Source: a virus. From it: DNA of 64,000 bases. Position 1 is the stretch's first letter. The number at the start of each line of letters is the position of its first letter. The translations under genes were made by a program, and so were the position numbers. The notes below the pieces were generated by a model. That model made no database searches, had not been told where the DNA came from, and saw nothing but the letters and a program-made list of their open reading frames with translations. The stretch lies in the IMG/VR virus record IMGVR_UViG_3300020392_000005; one strand, given 5' to 3'. Positions 26,473 through 36,215 of the stretch are shown here, piece after piece.

Positions 26473-27477
26473 TTAAATCTTTTTATATTGTACTAGTGCC
26501 TGTTTTGCTGATAGTTTAGAATATGTGTTGATACTTATAATTTCATCTAATTGTATTTTAGATACACCTGTCATAATTAGGTCATTAACATCTTTAAGTT
26601 GTATCTCGTTAGGCCAGATAAAAATGTTATAACCTAAATCTATAATCTTTTCCATACGCTGTATTATTTCTTTGTTTCGTGGTTCGTTATCAAATATATA
26701 TGTCACCTTTTCAGGATTTATTTTACTATCTAGTGTCAAATCAGCGCCACCAGCAGCAAGACAATTATCTAAAAATAAACTATCAATAGGACCTTCAACT
26801 ACAAATAGATTTTGTGCAAAATTTATTCTTTCAAGTCCATATATCTTTTGTTTGTTCTCATCAAGTTTAATGGTTACATATTTAGGTGTCTCTTTGCCAA
26901 AGGCACGACCTTGATACGCAAACACTTTACCTGTTTCATCATAGAAAGGTATCACCAATCTAGGATGGTCATACTTACTCTTATTATATTTTCGTGGTGC
27001 TAACTTATGTGCCCACTCATAAAATTTATTACATAGAAAAAGTTTATCAAAATGATGTTCGGGTATACATCTATTCTTAATATACTTCTTGGCAGGATGG
27101 TCGTCATTTAAATCTGCAATAGAAGTTAAATCACTTATATAATCGTTTTCTAACTTTGGTTTAAAATCAAACTTAAACTCTGGTTCTTTAGTAGCAGGAG
27201 CACTATTCTTGTATCGTTCTAATATGTATCTGTCGTGTACCTTTGGGTCTATAAACTTTAAGAAGTTTGCTAGATTTTGACCCATACCACAATTGTGGCA
27301 CTTGAAGAACATATCGTTTTTCTTACGATACATATACCCACGAGCTTTGAGTTTTGATTTCTGACTATCGCCACAATGAGGACATCTGAAGTTGTACAGA
27401 TAATCTGACTTCTTCTTAAACAGACCTAATCGGGCTGATATTTCTGATATAAATTTTAAATCAATATAACTAGACAT
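26473..27477 (-). CDS. gp61: DNA primase gp61
   Basis: RCP.CGDS / CHNC Zn finger, VEGPIDS, DNEPRN, KD.ND. Confidence 0.97.
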   Translation of the reverse strand: MSSYIDLKFISEISARLGLFKKKSDYLYNFRCPHCGDSQKSKLKARGYMYRKKNDMFFKCHNCGMGQNLANFLKFIDPKVHDRYILERYKNSAPATKEPEFKFDFKPKLENDYISDLTSIADLNDDHPAKKYIKNRCIPEHHFDKLFLCNKFYEWAHKLAPRKYNKSKYDHPRLVIPFYDETGKVFAYQGRAFGKETPKYVTIKLDENKQKIYGLERINFAQNLFVVEGPIDSLFLDNCLAAGGADLTLDSKINPEKVTYIFDNEPRNKEIIQRMEKIIDLGYNIFIWPNEIQLKDVNDLIMTGVSKIQLDEIISINTYSKLSAKQALVQYKKI

Positions 27478-27488
27478 AGCAATTTTAC

Positions 27489-27523
27489 ATACTATACTAT
27501 CTTATATCATTTGTCAAGCACCT
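27489..27523 (-). promoter_or_regulatory. Sigma70-type promoter for primase
   Basis: GGTGCTTGACA-N17-TAGTAT. Confidence 0.75.
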
Positions 27524-28001
27524 ATGGGGCGACTTTTATCATTTCTATAACTAATGGGAAATTTCTTGCTAGTATGAAACCAACAACGATAGAACCACCA
27601 ATAATTAGATACTTCCATTTCTCTAATACATTAACTCTACTTCCGATTGTATTCTTAATAGTTAAGATTTCGTTCATTATTCTTTTTTCAGTAAGTTCCA
27701 TATGCTCTTTTATTTCACTAAATCTCTTATCACTATCTTCCTGTCGGTCTTTGAGTTTTTGAAAGATTATCTCATCTAGTTTTTCTGATTGAGATAATTT
27801 CTCTTCGTGTACCGCCAACATAGATTTTATGCTTGACGATATATTGGTAAGTTTTTCAATAGCAGTATCAAGTCTTTTGTGAACCATATTCGTTTGTTGT
27901 ATCTCGGTTTTTAAGACTTCAATACTTGTCCTATTTTCGTGTATTTCTTTAGCAAGACTACTTAAAGTTTTTCGTGTCTCACCGTTTCCATTACTAACCA
28001 T
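27522..28001 (-). CDS. Coiled-coil protein with C-terminal TM
   Basis: RLD.AI.KL...MLAVHEEK, LEKWK + TM. Confidence 0.75.
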   Translation of the reverse strand: MVSNGNGETRKTLSSLAKEIHENRTSIEVLKTEIQQTNMVHKRLDTAIEKLTNISSSIKSMLAVHEEKLSQSEKLDEIIFQKLKDRQEDSDKRFSEIKEHMELTEKRIMNEILTIKNTIGSRVNVLEKWKYLIIGGSIVVGFILARNFPLVIEMIKVAP

Positions 28002-28014
28002 TAGTTATTACCTC

Positions 28015-28347
28015 TTAGCCTGCTAAAGGATTCTTTGCCTTTAATTTTAGTTCTTGTATCTGAAGTTTTAGTACTTCAATCTCTTTCTCGTTGACTTTTG
28101 ATTGTGTTCTATTCTTATCAACACTACCTGAAATATCAGCAGGTATCTTACCTTCTAATTCTGTAATTTTTATTTCTAGTGATTTTATTGATTCCTGAAT
28201 AGGTGCAATGTCAACACCTTTTCTTTCTTCAATCGCTTGAAGTTTTGTAGTAAGTTCACCGTATTTTACAAACCCACCACCAATAGCAACTACAGCCGCA
28301 ATTAAAGCAGCCACACTTGCCAAGTTATCTTTTAATTGTTTTATCAT
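28015..28347 (-). CDS. Membrane-anchored coiled-coil protein (C-terminal NPL)
   Basis: N-terminal TM, coiled coil. Confidence 0.75.
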   Translation of the reverse strand: MIKQLKDNLASVAALIAAVVAIGGGFVKYGELTTKLQAIEERKGVDIAPIQESIKSLEIKITELEGKIPADISGSVDKNRTQSKVNEKEIEVLKLQIQELKLKAKNPLAG

Positions 28348-30161
28348 AATTGTTCCTTTAATTGTTGTATCTCTATCAATAGTCTATTCTCCTCAGTTTT
28401 AATTCTATCTAACTCTTTCTTTGTACTTGCCAAAGGGTCGTTATCAGTATATTTCGCTAAGGTGATATCAGTATAAATTTGTTGTTGCTCAATATTTAGT
28501 TGATTAAAGAAATCTACATTACCATCAGGTAGTTGTTTAGACTGGTAAAAGTTAGTCTTCTTATATTCTGACATATCAGGAGCGTTATCGTTCATCGCCT
28601 TCAATGTGATATATTGTACTGCCTTTACTTTCTGGTCTACACTCATTAATGTTTGCTCTAATCTTTTAATAATCTTCTCTACTTTAGCACTTATGCTGCT
28701 GGATACATCTTTCTCAATTCGTGTATCAACATTTGCCGTTTCTGTTGTGCCAGTCTCATCTGCATCCACTCCTTCTTCATTTGTCTCCGTCTCCGTCTCT
28801 CTTTCTGCTTCCGTATTTTCATCCACAGAAGTGTTAGTTCCTTCTTCTTCTGTTGATGATTCCGTCTCCATTGTGTTCGTACTGCCTGTCTCATTTTCTT
28901 CAATAGTCTCGGTGTTAGTAGTTGTTTCCTCGGTATTTGAATTTGGATTATTTGCATTTGTTTCCTCGGGTTGTGGTTTCTCTTCCATTACAGGTTCTTC
29001 TATCTCTTCTTCTTTGATAGTTTCTTCTTTAATGGTCTCTTCTTCCAAAGGTTTTGTTGTTATAACATTGGCGTTCTCCTCTAGTTTAGGTTCTTCTAAT
29101 TTAGGTTTCTCCATAATTAACTCTTCCTTCATTATATTACCTACTTCTTCAAAAAACTCTTCCTCTGTTAAATTCTCTTCTACTAATGCTGTGTTAAATT
29201 CTTCTACTAAATTCTCTTTGACTAAAACTTCTTTAAAGTTCTCAATCATTAATACTTCTAATACTTCTAATTTGATTTCTTCTAATGGTTCTAATTCTAA
29301 TGTTTCTAATTCTAGTTTAGGTAAAGTTGCAAACTCAAAAGTTTCTATCTCTTCTATTTGTTCTAAATTAATCTCTTCTATCTTACCTATTAGTTCTTCA
29401 ATCTGTTCCTGTGCTTCTGTAATCTGTTCTTGGGATTCTGTTATATTCTCTTGTTCTTGTAATGTTAGTGCTTGATAGTCTATGTCTAATAATGTAGCAG
29501 TTAAACTTGCACCTAATAAGTTAGGACCAATAGATGAGCTGTGAGAAGTATTACTTCCGTCAGTACCTTGCCACTCCCACTCATAGTTTCTAGCACCTGT
29601 GCCTGTGTGTGTTATACTATCTTGGTATGTAAATGTATTTGAGTTGTAACCGGCGTCATTGTTTCTTTGAAATGTAGTTATGCCTAATAGGTTACCACTA
29701 CCATCTGTTATTTTGATTGTTGTTTTAAATGTATCTCTCGCACCACCACCTAGACTTGCTTGACCACATTGATAAGATGAACCTTGCCACTCGCAATTCT
29801 GTATTTCAGTAATACCATCTAGTCTTACACCACCATCTAAACTATCGTTAGTAGTTGTATGTGTACCACCATTTTGTTTTGTTGTTGAGATACCTACTAG
29901 AGAACCTGTATCTGAAACGATACCTTGACCTTTTGCCTCTAGTTCTTTTTGAAATGCTTGTATACCACTATCAATGGTAAAACCTTGACCTGAACCTACT
30001 TTATCAGGTGCTAAATTATCTGTCGTATTTTGAAATGATGATTGTCCAGCACCTGCATTTGGTAATAAGTTACCTGAAGTTGCTGTTTCGGCCTTACTTA
30101 CGCTTTGCGAAATTGTAAGGATTAATATCGTCAGCAAAACGGTCAATCTTAAACCACACAT
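28344..30161 (-). CDS. Exported protein: beta-rich N-domain, very acidic stalk, C-terminal coiled coil
   Basis: Signal peptide; Gly/Thr/Ser-rich domain; Glu/Thr-rich low complexity. Confidence 0.8.
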   Translation of the reverse strand: MCGLRLTVLLTILILTISQSVSKAETATSGNLLPNAGAGQSSFQNTTDNLAPDKVGSGQGFTIDSGIQAFQKELEAKGQGIVSDTGSLVGISTTKQNGGTHTTTNDSLDGGVRLDGITEIQNCEWQGSSYQCGQASLGGGARDTFKTTIKITDGSGNLLGITTFQRNNDAGYNSNTFTYQDSITHTGTGARNYEWEWQGTDGSNTSHSSSIGPNLLGASLTATLLDIDYQALTLQEQENITESQEQITEAQEQIEELIGKIEEINLEQIEEIETFEFATLPKLELETLELEPLEEIKLEVLEVLMIENFKEVLVKENLVEEFNTALVEENLTEEEFFEEVGNIMKEELIMEKPKLEEPKLEENANVITTKPLEEETIKEETIKEEEIEEPVMEEKPQPEETNANNPNSNTEETTTNTETIEENETGSTNTMETESSTEEEGTNTSVDENTEAERETETETNEEGVDADETGTTETANVDTRIEKDVSSSISAKVEKIIKRLEQTLMSVDQKVKAVQYITLKAMNDNAPDMSEYKKTNFYQSKQLPDGNVDFFNQLNIEQQQIYTDITLAKYTDNDPLASTKKELDRIKTEENRLLIEIQQLKEQL

Positions 30162-30194
30162 ATGCCATAACTCCTATGAAAATTAATAATTCCA

Positions 30195-30974
30195 TTACTT
30201 ATCTTTCTTATTCTTTTTCTCTATTCTTTCTATTTTCTTTTCTAATTTCTTTGCGTAATCATCTAACTTCTTATTCTCTTTTCTTATCTCGTTAGCGATA
30301 GCAGTTTGTTCAGTTAAGCTATATTTTAAAGATTTCTCTTGTTCTTCACCTTTTGCTAGTTCTTTTTCTTTCTTCTCAATTACTTTAAGTTTCTCAACAT
30401 ACATATCATAATCAGGTCTTAACTTATCGTATTTCTTCCATTGTGTTTTCGCTTCTGCACCAATCTTACCTTCAAATGGACAAGGTGTACCAGATTGTTC
30501 CATTGCAAAGAACACTCTTGGATCCTGGCATAAAATTGACACAGCGGCCACCTTCATACCTAAATCGTTTAATACTTTACTTAATTTAATTCTTTCACAA
30601 TTCTCGTCTTTAATATGAGCACCTAGAGACAAACCTATACCTGGGTATTGTAAACCACCAGAGTATCCCATAACGCAAACATCTTGCGACATTGCACTCA
30701 TTGATGGTGCTGACGCTGTGTTTTGTTGGTCTCTTATATTTGAATTGTTGTTTGTGGTAGAATTAGTCGTACTTGTGGTGCTACTACTAGACCCACTTTC
30801 ATAAGTCGTAGTTGATTCCTGGGAGTATCCTCCGCTAATTGTAGTATTAGAGCCAGAAGTGTTTGTCTGGGAATTAGTGGTCGCTCCGCTGTTTGTAGTG
30901 TCAGCCCAAACTGGACCTAGTGAGAGTCCAATCATAATGAAACATAACAAAATAGATTTATATAATCTATCCAT
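30195..30974 (-). CDS. Exported Cys-containing protein with Thr/Ser/Asn-rich N-terminus
   Basis: Signal peptide; SAPS...QDVC, DENCERIKL, CQD.RV..AM...GTPCP..GKIG. Confidence 0.8.
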   Translation of the reverse strand: MDRLYKSILLCFIMIGLSLGPVWADTTNSGATTNSQTNTSGSNTTISGGYSQESTTTYESGSSSSTTSTTNSTTNNNSNIRDQQNTASAPSMSAMSQDVCVMGYSGGLQYPGIGLSLGAHIKDENCERIKLSKVLNDLGMKVAAVSILCQDPRVFFAMEQSGTPCPFEGKIGAEAKTQWKKYDKLRPDYDMYVEKLKVIEKKEKELAKGEEQEKSLKYSLTEQTAIANEIRKENKKLDDYAKKLEKKIERIEKKNKKDK

Positions 30975-31001
30975 AGTTAGGTTCCTGTTTTTTATATGCT
31001 A

Positions 31002-31364
31002 TTATTTAGTTGGAGTAGTCTCTTCAGCTTCGTAATAATTCTGATATTCTGAAACTATATCGTCAAGTTTTTTCATATGTGCTCTTATCTGAGCAAAGTT
31101 TTTTGCAATCAACTGAAAATCTTTGTCAGTTAATCCAAAGAGGACTGGGTCTATACCTTGTTCCTCTAGTTTTGCCATAACTTCTTCTGCGTTATCAGAA
31201 GTTATGATAACCCATTTAAGTTTTTCTAATTGTGGTGGCGTAGGTGTTTTTAAGTTTAGAGGTTGTCTCTCAACTTCTGTCGTAAAAATATCTAGTTTCT
31301 TAACAGACGAACAGCCTGATAATAATACTGCGACAAATAGTATACTAATTATTGTACGGTACAT
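31002..31364 (-). CDS. Putative o-spanin (Rz1-like lipoprotein)
   Basis: Lipobox LSGC, Pro-rich stretch; overlaps the upstream i-spanin candidate. Confidence 0.65.
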   Translation of the reverse strand: MYRTIISILFVAVLLSGCSSVKKLDIFTTEVERQPLNLKTPTPPQLEKLKWVIITSDNAEEVMAKLEEQGIDPVLFGLTDKDFQLIAKNFAQIRAHMKKLDDIVSEYQNYYEAEETTPTK

Positions 31365-31824
31365 AACTTGGATTTGCTATACTCGGACACTCTCTATTGA
31401 TTTCCGATTTCTTTGTAGCAGCCTTCTCTTTGTCGGTAAGTTCAGCACCCATTGCAATTTCTAAACAACGCAACGCATTATCACTACCTTTGTTAATTAT
31501 TCTTTCTATGACTTTAGGTTTCTCTTTTGCGACTTTACCGAAGTCTCTACCGCCTTTGTTAAACCTTTTGTCTAAATCATTAATGTCTTTCTTCAAAGCA
31601 TTAACTAACTTGTTCATCTTTTCGTTGGCCGCAAGTATCTTACCAAAGTCTTCAGCTTGTTGTGCTATGACTTTCTTTTGACTTTCTACACTTGCTTCTA
31701 GTTTGATTTGGTTCTCTTTTAGAATTGCATTATCTCTTTGCAACTTCATAACATATATACCTGCACCAGCGATAGCTGCCACAAGCACACCAACCATAAC
31801 CATTTTTACGCCACCAAATATCAT
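31345..31824 (-). CDS. Putative i-spanin (Rz-like)
   Basis: N-terminal TM, long coiled coil, C-terminal Cys pair. Confidence 0.65.
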   Translation of the reverse strand: MIFGGVKMVMVGVLVAAIAGAGIYVMKLQRDNAILKENQIKLEASVESQKKVIAQQAEDFGKILAANEKMNKLVNALKKDINDLDKRFNKGGRDFGKVAKEKPKVIERIINKGSDNALRCLEIAMGAELTDKEKAATKKSEINRECPSIANPSYVPYNN

Positions 31825-31834
31825 TTAATTTCTC

Positions 31835-31948
31835 TTACTTCTTTTTCCAAAAGTATAGTTTGTTAAGTAGTTTAACTAAATCTTCGCACTTCTCGTTAAC
31901 ATACCAACCAACAACTACACCAATTATAAAACCGATTGTAATAAACAT
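31835..31948 (-). CDS. Small single-TM protein (37 aa)
   Basis: Manual ORF MFITIGFIIGVVVGWYVNEK... Confidence 0.6.
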   Translation of the reverse strand: MFITIGFIIGVVVGWYVNEKCEDLVKLLNKLYFWKKK

Positions 31949-32217
31949 TATTTTTTACCTCTTAATTTTACTTGTTCTACTTTTATTTTTGCTATCTCGT
32001 CTTCTAATTTATTTATTCGTTTTGATAACATAGGAAACTTTTTAATTAACTTTTCCTCTTTTGTCAAAACATCTAAATCATATCTTTTCGCTGCCCAATT
32101 ATAACATCTGTCAACTTTCTTATAAAACCATACGCCCATTTTAGTTTTCTTAAACCAAGCGTTAGTTGATTGACCTATAATTGCACCTGCGATTGCTTTT
32201 ACTAAAAAGAAATACAT
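31948..32217 (-). CDS. Hypothetical protein
   Basis: ORF track. Confidence 0.7.
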   Translation of the reverse strand: MYFFLVKAIAGAIIGQSTNAWFKKTKMGVWFYKKVDRCYNWAAKRYDLDVLTKEEKLIKKFPMLSKRINKLEDEIAKIKVEQVKLRGKK

Positions 32218-32218
32218 A

Positions 32219-32701
32219 TTACTTCGTAGGTTTCGCTCCTCTAGGTGCTGATGAGTTTATAGCGAAACGACCAAACAATCTTACACTATAATAAGCGGAC
32301 TTAATTTTCCACTTAGGAACAGAAGGTTCAGCGTATTGCATACCTTGTAAGAATATCTTATCCGCTATACTTCTATATATCTCTCTGGCTTTTTTCGTAG
32401 GTATAACACCATCTTTAAATGCACCATTTATTTTTTCGTATAATATATCGTGTACTACTGCACCTCTAGCGATATCAAACGGAGCAATAAATGCCCACGC
32501 CGCTCTCGGTACACTTGCAAGGTCAGTAATGTATCCTTTAGGTACGGTTACTTCACCTGTGTCTTTTACTGAAACACCACACTCAATTAATTTTGCTTTT
32601 TCGTCATCCGATAAGTCTGCTAAAAATGTTAACTTGTTGTTTAACACCCAATTCCTCGGTGGCAAGAATATAGCGTCTAGCAGTCCATTAAATCTACTCA
32701 T
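32219..32701 (-). CDS. DUF1353-like protein
   Basis: VP.G..TD.ASVPR, A.VHD.LY, AD.IF, Y..VR.FG. Confidence 0.8.
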   Translation of the reverse strand: MSRFNGLLDAIFLPPRNWVLNNKLTFLADLSDDEKAKLIECGVSVKDTGEVTVPKGYITDLASVPRAAWAFIAPFDIARGAVVHDILYEKINGAFKDGVIPTKKAREIYRSIADKIFLQGMQYAEPSVPKWKIKSAYYSVRLFGRFAINSSAPRGAKPTK

Positions 32702-32707
32702 ATATTT

Positions 32708-33769
32708 TTATTTACCTTTTTTGTTTTTGTCAATAAAGTTCTGGTAGACTTTACTTGCTTGACCTAAATCCTTTTTCTTTTCAGGATCCTTTGCTCTTTG
32801 ACTTGCTACTTTTGCTCTTTGTCCCATTGCAATTGCAGCCTGTATCTTATGAGCGTGTGTCTTGCCAGAATTTTTAATTTTGTTTACAGATTGAGTTGCT
32901 TTTTGTTTATCTGTAAAACCTAAACCGTGAATTGTACCTTTAGGATTTTCATCTGTATACAAATCACTATGTTTATCTGACCCAGCTTTCTGACCTTTCT
33001 TTCTAGGTATTCTAGCGTCTGCTTCTCTCGCTACTACTTTTAGATTGTGGTCTTTCTTACTTTGGTCAATGCCGTGTCTAGCATCCTTTTGCGACATTAG
33101 TCCTACACTTCGCATAGTTCTATGTCTTCCTTTAGGTGGTGTATCTCCTAGACTGGCGATTGGGTGCATTGCACCATAACTGCCACCACCTAAACCAATA
33201 CTGCCTAATGGTCCAACACCACCAGCACCGTATTCTTTTAATTTTGCTTTTTCTAAAATCGTTTTCTTTCTAGGTTCTTCAACAAACTCAATTTCTGTTT
33301 TACCATAAGTTTTATTATCAACAATAACATCTAGTCTATCTAACTGGTCTAGTATAGACTTCATCATTGTAGAGTTTGTTTCTTTATTTTCTTTGACGGT
33401 TGTACTAAACTTTTTCATTATAAGTTGTCGTAAAGCTTTCTCAGCTTCATTTTCGTCTTTGTACTTTTTATGTGATTTAGATAATGGGTGCATTCCGTTA
33501 GGGTTCATATCTACACCGCCGTGTGCGACAGCATTTGCTGGGGCGTCTTCTTTGACTACCTTCCAACCCATTTGTAAATAAGTTCTTAATTCAGCATCCC
33601 AAACAAGTCTTTCTTTTCCGTTCTTTGAAATCTTAACTTTCTTTTCAGTTATGTTTTCTTCAGGTACGCAATTAGGCACTTGTTTATTGCCTTTCTTTTT
33701 CATACCTACTTGTTTGTAACCTGTCCAGCAGGCTTCCCATACATCTTTAAATGTTTTAATATCTCGCAT
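32708..33769 (-). CDS. Modular putative internal head protein
   Basis: CTS-like N-terminus KTFKDVWE; CW.GYK.VG...VPNCVP and HSDLYTDENP modules separated by xxE sites. Confidence 0.65.
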   Translation of the reverse strand: MRDIKTFKDVWEACWTGYKQVGMKKKGNKQVPNCVPEENITEKKVKISKNGKERLVWDAELRTYLQMGWKVVKEDAPANAVAHGGVDMNPNGMHPLSKSHKKYKDENEAEKALRQLIMKKFSTTVKENKETNSTMMKSILDQLDRLDVIVDNKTYGKTEIEFVEEPRKKTILEKAKLKEYGAGGVGPLGSIGLGGGSYGAMHPIASLGDTPPKGRHRTMRSVGLMSQKDARHGIDQSKKDHNLKVVAREADARIPRKKGQKAGSDKHSDLYTDENPKGTIHGLGFTDKQKATQSVNKIKNSGKTHAHKIQAAIAMGQRAKVASQRAKDPEKKKDLGQASKVYQNFIDKNKKGK

Positions 33770-34343
33770 TTAAATAATCTCCAGGTATTAATACCTCTCT
33801 ATTATCTGTCTCTAAAGTATATATGTCCATACCGAACGCTGTATTTGTTGGTTTTACTTCGTTCTCTACATCAAAAGGTGTGCCTGCAGGTAAAAACTCT
33901 TCACCATCAAATACACTTTCTTTTAATTGATACAGACCAGGTACTAAAGTTCTATTCTCAAAATACTCTTCGTTTAGTTCCTGTGTATACTTAAACTCGT
34001 CAACAGATTTTAAATACTTAACACAGGTACTCTCTAAATTGTTACCGTGTTCAGTATAGTAATCTTTATCTTCTTTTACTAATAGAGTTAAAGCAGTTGC
34101 AAAACTACCTATACGACCACCTAATCCTACTTTACTTAATATTCTTTTCAGATTGAATACAAATCTATGTAGCATTGTGTAGGCGTTCTTTTCTTTTGTA
34201 GTTTTCAAAGATAAAAATTTCTTTAATACTTTACCTTTCTCATCAATAATACCTAATTTAAAAGCAGGTTGCTTGTTAAAAGGTGTTACCAACATCTTCA
34301 CTACTCTATACGCTATCAATAAATCAATTGCTCTTGTTGCCAT
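33756..34343 (-). CDS. Conserved T4-like hypothetical protein
   Basis: KLGIID..G, AYT..HR.VFNLKR motif. Confidence 0.75.
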   Translation of the reverse strand: MATRAIDLLIAYRVVKMLVTPFNKQPAFKLGIIDEKGKVLKKFLSLKTTKEKNAYTMLHRFVFNLKRILSKVGLGGRIGSFATALTLLVKEDKDYYTEHGNNLESTCVKYLKSVDEFKYTQELNEEYFENRTLVPGLYQLKESVFDGEEFLPAGTPFDVENEVKPTNTAFGMDIYTLETDNREVLIPGDYLNARY

Positions 34344-34705
34344 TATAGTTTCTCTAACTCTCTTTTTATTAACTCGTCTTCCGTTAAAGCGATTAACTCT
34401 TTCGGATACAAGTAATCCAAATATGTAAAAACAGACTTTAATATCGGCCAGTATTTTGTGTCATTTTTATATAACAACAATGTAATACAAGCGTCTATAC
34501 CAAATACATTTTGCAACACTACAATATGATTTACAACAAGTCTAATCTTTATAGAACCAGTTGTTTCATATTTTCTGAATAACCTTTTGAGATATTTAAA
34601 TCTCTTTATATCATCCCAAAATTCTTTTTCAGTTTCAAATGTCGGATTGTCGTAATGCTTTTGTGCATACAACAACCAATTATCTTTGGTTATCTGTTTG
34701 AACAT
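34343..34705 (-). CDS. Conserved T4-like hypothetical protein
   Basis: HYDNP...EF..D.KRFKY.KRL, NH...L.NVFG motif. Confidence 0.8.
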   Translation of the reverse strand: MFKQITKDNWLLYAQKHYDNPTFETEKEFWDDIKRFKYLKRLFRKYETTGSIKIRLVVNHIVVLQNVFGIDACITLLLYKNDTKYWPILKSVFTYLDYLYPKELIALTEDELIKRELEKL

Positions 34706-34710
34706 CTAAT

Positions 34711-35166
34711 TTACACTAATTTAGCGTAAACCTTTGATGAACCGTTAGACAATGTTTCAAACTTAACCTCTAATTTCAAGTTATCAATTCCAGGACCATT
34801 ATCTACTACCACATCTTCAGGTTTAGTTTCAGTTGTTTTACCATATGTACCACCGAATTGTTTTACTTCAGCAGTAACCGTACCAGCGTCACCTTCTAAT
34901 TTAACAGGACTAATATCTAATCCTATTCTCATTAGATTTTCTCTTAATTTGTCAACTGCGTATTGTGGTTTAATGTATTCCATATCGGCTACACTACCTA
35001 CAAAAGCATTAACTCTTTTAAGAACGCTTGGGTCTTTCAAATTTGCTGTTCCTAATGAACCATCTTCAACTGCATTACTTGTAGAAGTACCAGTTGTAGC
35101 GGCACCATATTTGATAGCATTTGATTTCACATTGCCTTCTTTTAAATGTTCTTTAAAAGTTTTCAT
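34711..35166 (-). CDS. Putative virion internal protein
   Basis: N-terminus MKTFKEHLKE, close to the T4 IP capsid-targeting sequence. Confidence 0.7.
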   Translation of the reverse strand: MKTFKEHLKEGNVKSNAIKYGAATTGTSTSNAVEDGSLGTANLKDPSVLKRVNAFVGSVADMEYIKPQYAVDKLRENLMRIGLDISPVKLEGDAGTVTAEVKQFGGTYGKTTETKPEDVVVDNGPGIDNLKLEVKFETLSNGSSKVYAKLV

Positions 35167-35175
35167 TTTTTTCTC

Positions 35176-35385
35176 CTACTTATATTTGTCCGACTTTACT
35201 TTAGAACCATCTGCTCTAGGTATCATACCTTTTGCTTTTAGATGAGCCTTATCTGTAAAGCCTGCCTTACCTGCTTTGTATCGCTTCATAGCGTCAGCAG
35301 TATTAGGCGCTTTCTCATTTACTAAATCTTCTTCAAAGTCTTTCAACTCTTCGTCTTCGTTAAACTTTGTGAACGACTTAACCAT
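35176..35385 (-). CDS. Small putative internal protein
   Basis: MVKSFTKFNE; AHLKAKG.IPRADG module. Confidence 0.65.
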   Translation of the reverse strand: MVKSFTKFNEDEELKDFEEDLVNEKAPNTADAMKRYKAGKAGFTDKAHLKAKGMIPRADGSKVKSDKYK

Positions 35386-35614
35386 CTTTTTTATCTTCTT
35401 TTTTAAGTTGTTGTTCAGCGCTTCTCAATGTCAAATCGCTTTCTTCTTTTCTCATCAACTTTTCAAGTATCTGTACTGCACCGTGAACGGCGTTTAAACT
35501 TGCTCTGGACTTTGCTAAGTCTTCTTCAAGTCTTTGTACGGATTCTTGTAGTTTTGTTCTTTCGCCAAGAAGTTGATTATATTCTTTCTCAACGACACCT
35601 ATACTTAAACTCAT
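35378..35614 (-). CDS. Small coiled-coil protein
   Basis: ORF track; AGGAG RBS. Confidence 0.7.
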   Translation of the reverse strand: MSLSIGVVEKEYNQLLGERTKLQESVQRLEEDLAKSRASLNAVHGAVQILEKLMRKEESDLTLRSAEQQLKKEDKKDG

Positions 35615-35634
35615 TATGTTCTCCTAATTATAAA

Positions 35635-36084
35635 TTACGCAACTACAAAACCGTGTCCGCCTATTACATTCCATTTAGAATTTTTAAATAAACATACAAC
35701 GGTTTCACCTTCAGCATTAAGAGTGATAGTTGAACCACCTCTTAAATTTGTTGGTGTTATTGTTATCGCATTAGAAGCTGTTCCTGTTGCGATAATTACT
35801 TTTTGTTGTCCATCAGCACCATCTTGTAATGATAATGCAGCTACACCAGCACTTTGGTCAACTTCAGTTATTGCTGAAGATGTATCAATTGCTGTATCTG
35901 TATGTGTTAACGCTTCAGACGCTTGTTTCAAACCTACGAAAGTAGGAATGTTTTCAAAAACATCTTTTGCGGTAACTCTTTTATTGATTGGTGTATTTTG
36001 GACATCATCAACAATATGAAATAAATCTCCACTTGCTAATGATTTACCTAGGTCGTCTAGGGCTGTGATTTTTTTATCTGCCAT
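35635..36084 (-). CDS. Putative virion structural protein
   Basis: MADKKITAL N-terminus typical of fibre/decoration proteins; late promoter upstream. Confidence 0.7.
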   Translation of the reverse strand: MADKKITALDDLGKSLASGDLFHIVDDVQNTPINKRVTAKDVFENIPTFVGLKQASEALTHTDTAIDTSSAITEVDQSAGVAALSLQDGADGQQKVIIATGTASNAITITPTNLRGGSTITLNAEGETVVCLFKNSKWNVIGGHGFVVA

Positions 36085-36150
36085 TTTATTCTCCTATAAT
36101 TCCGAGTTAACGGTAAACTACTCATTGCATTATACAATGACCATATACAC

Positions 36151-36158
36151 TATTTATA
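36151..36158 (-). promoter_or_regulatory. T4-type late promoter
   Basis: TATAAATA. Confidence 0.85.
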
Positions 36159-36163
36159 CAAAC

Positions 36164-36189
36164 AAAAAGGGGACCACAAAGGATCCCCT
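36164..36189 (-). terminator. Rho-independent terminator
   Basis: AGGGGA..CC / GG.CCCC stem plus T run on the minus strand. Confidence 0.7.
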
Positions 36190-36215
36190 AATTATTATAT
36201 TTGAATTTTTACTTA

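Noticed and set aside
28700-29470. Apparent tandem repeats (tcttct/ttctaa runs)
   Set aside because: They are explained by Glu/Thr-rich low-complexity coding sequence, not a DNA repeat element.
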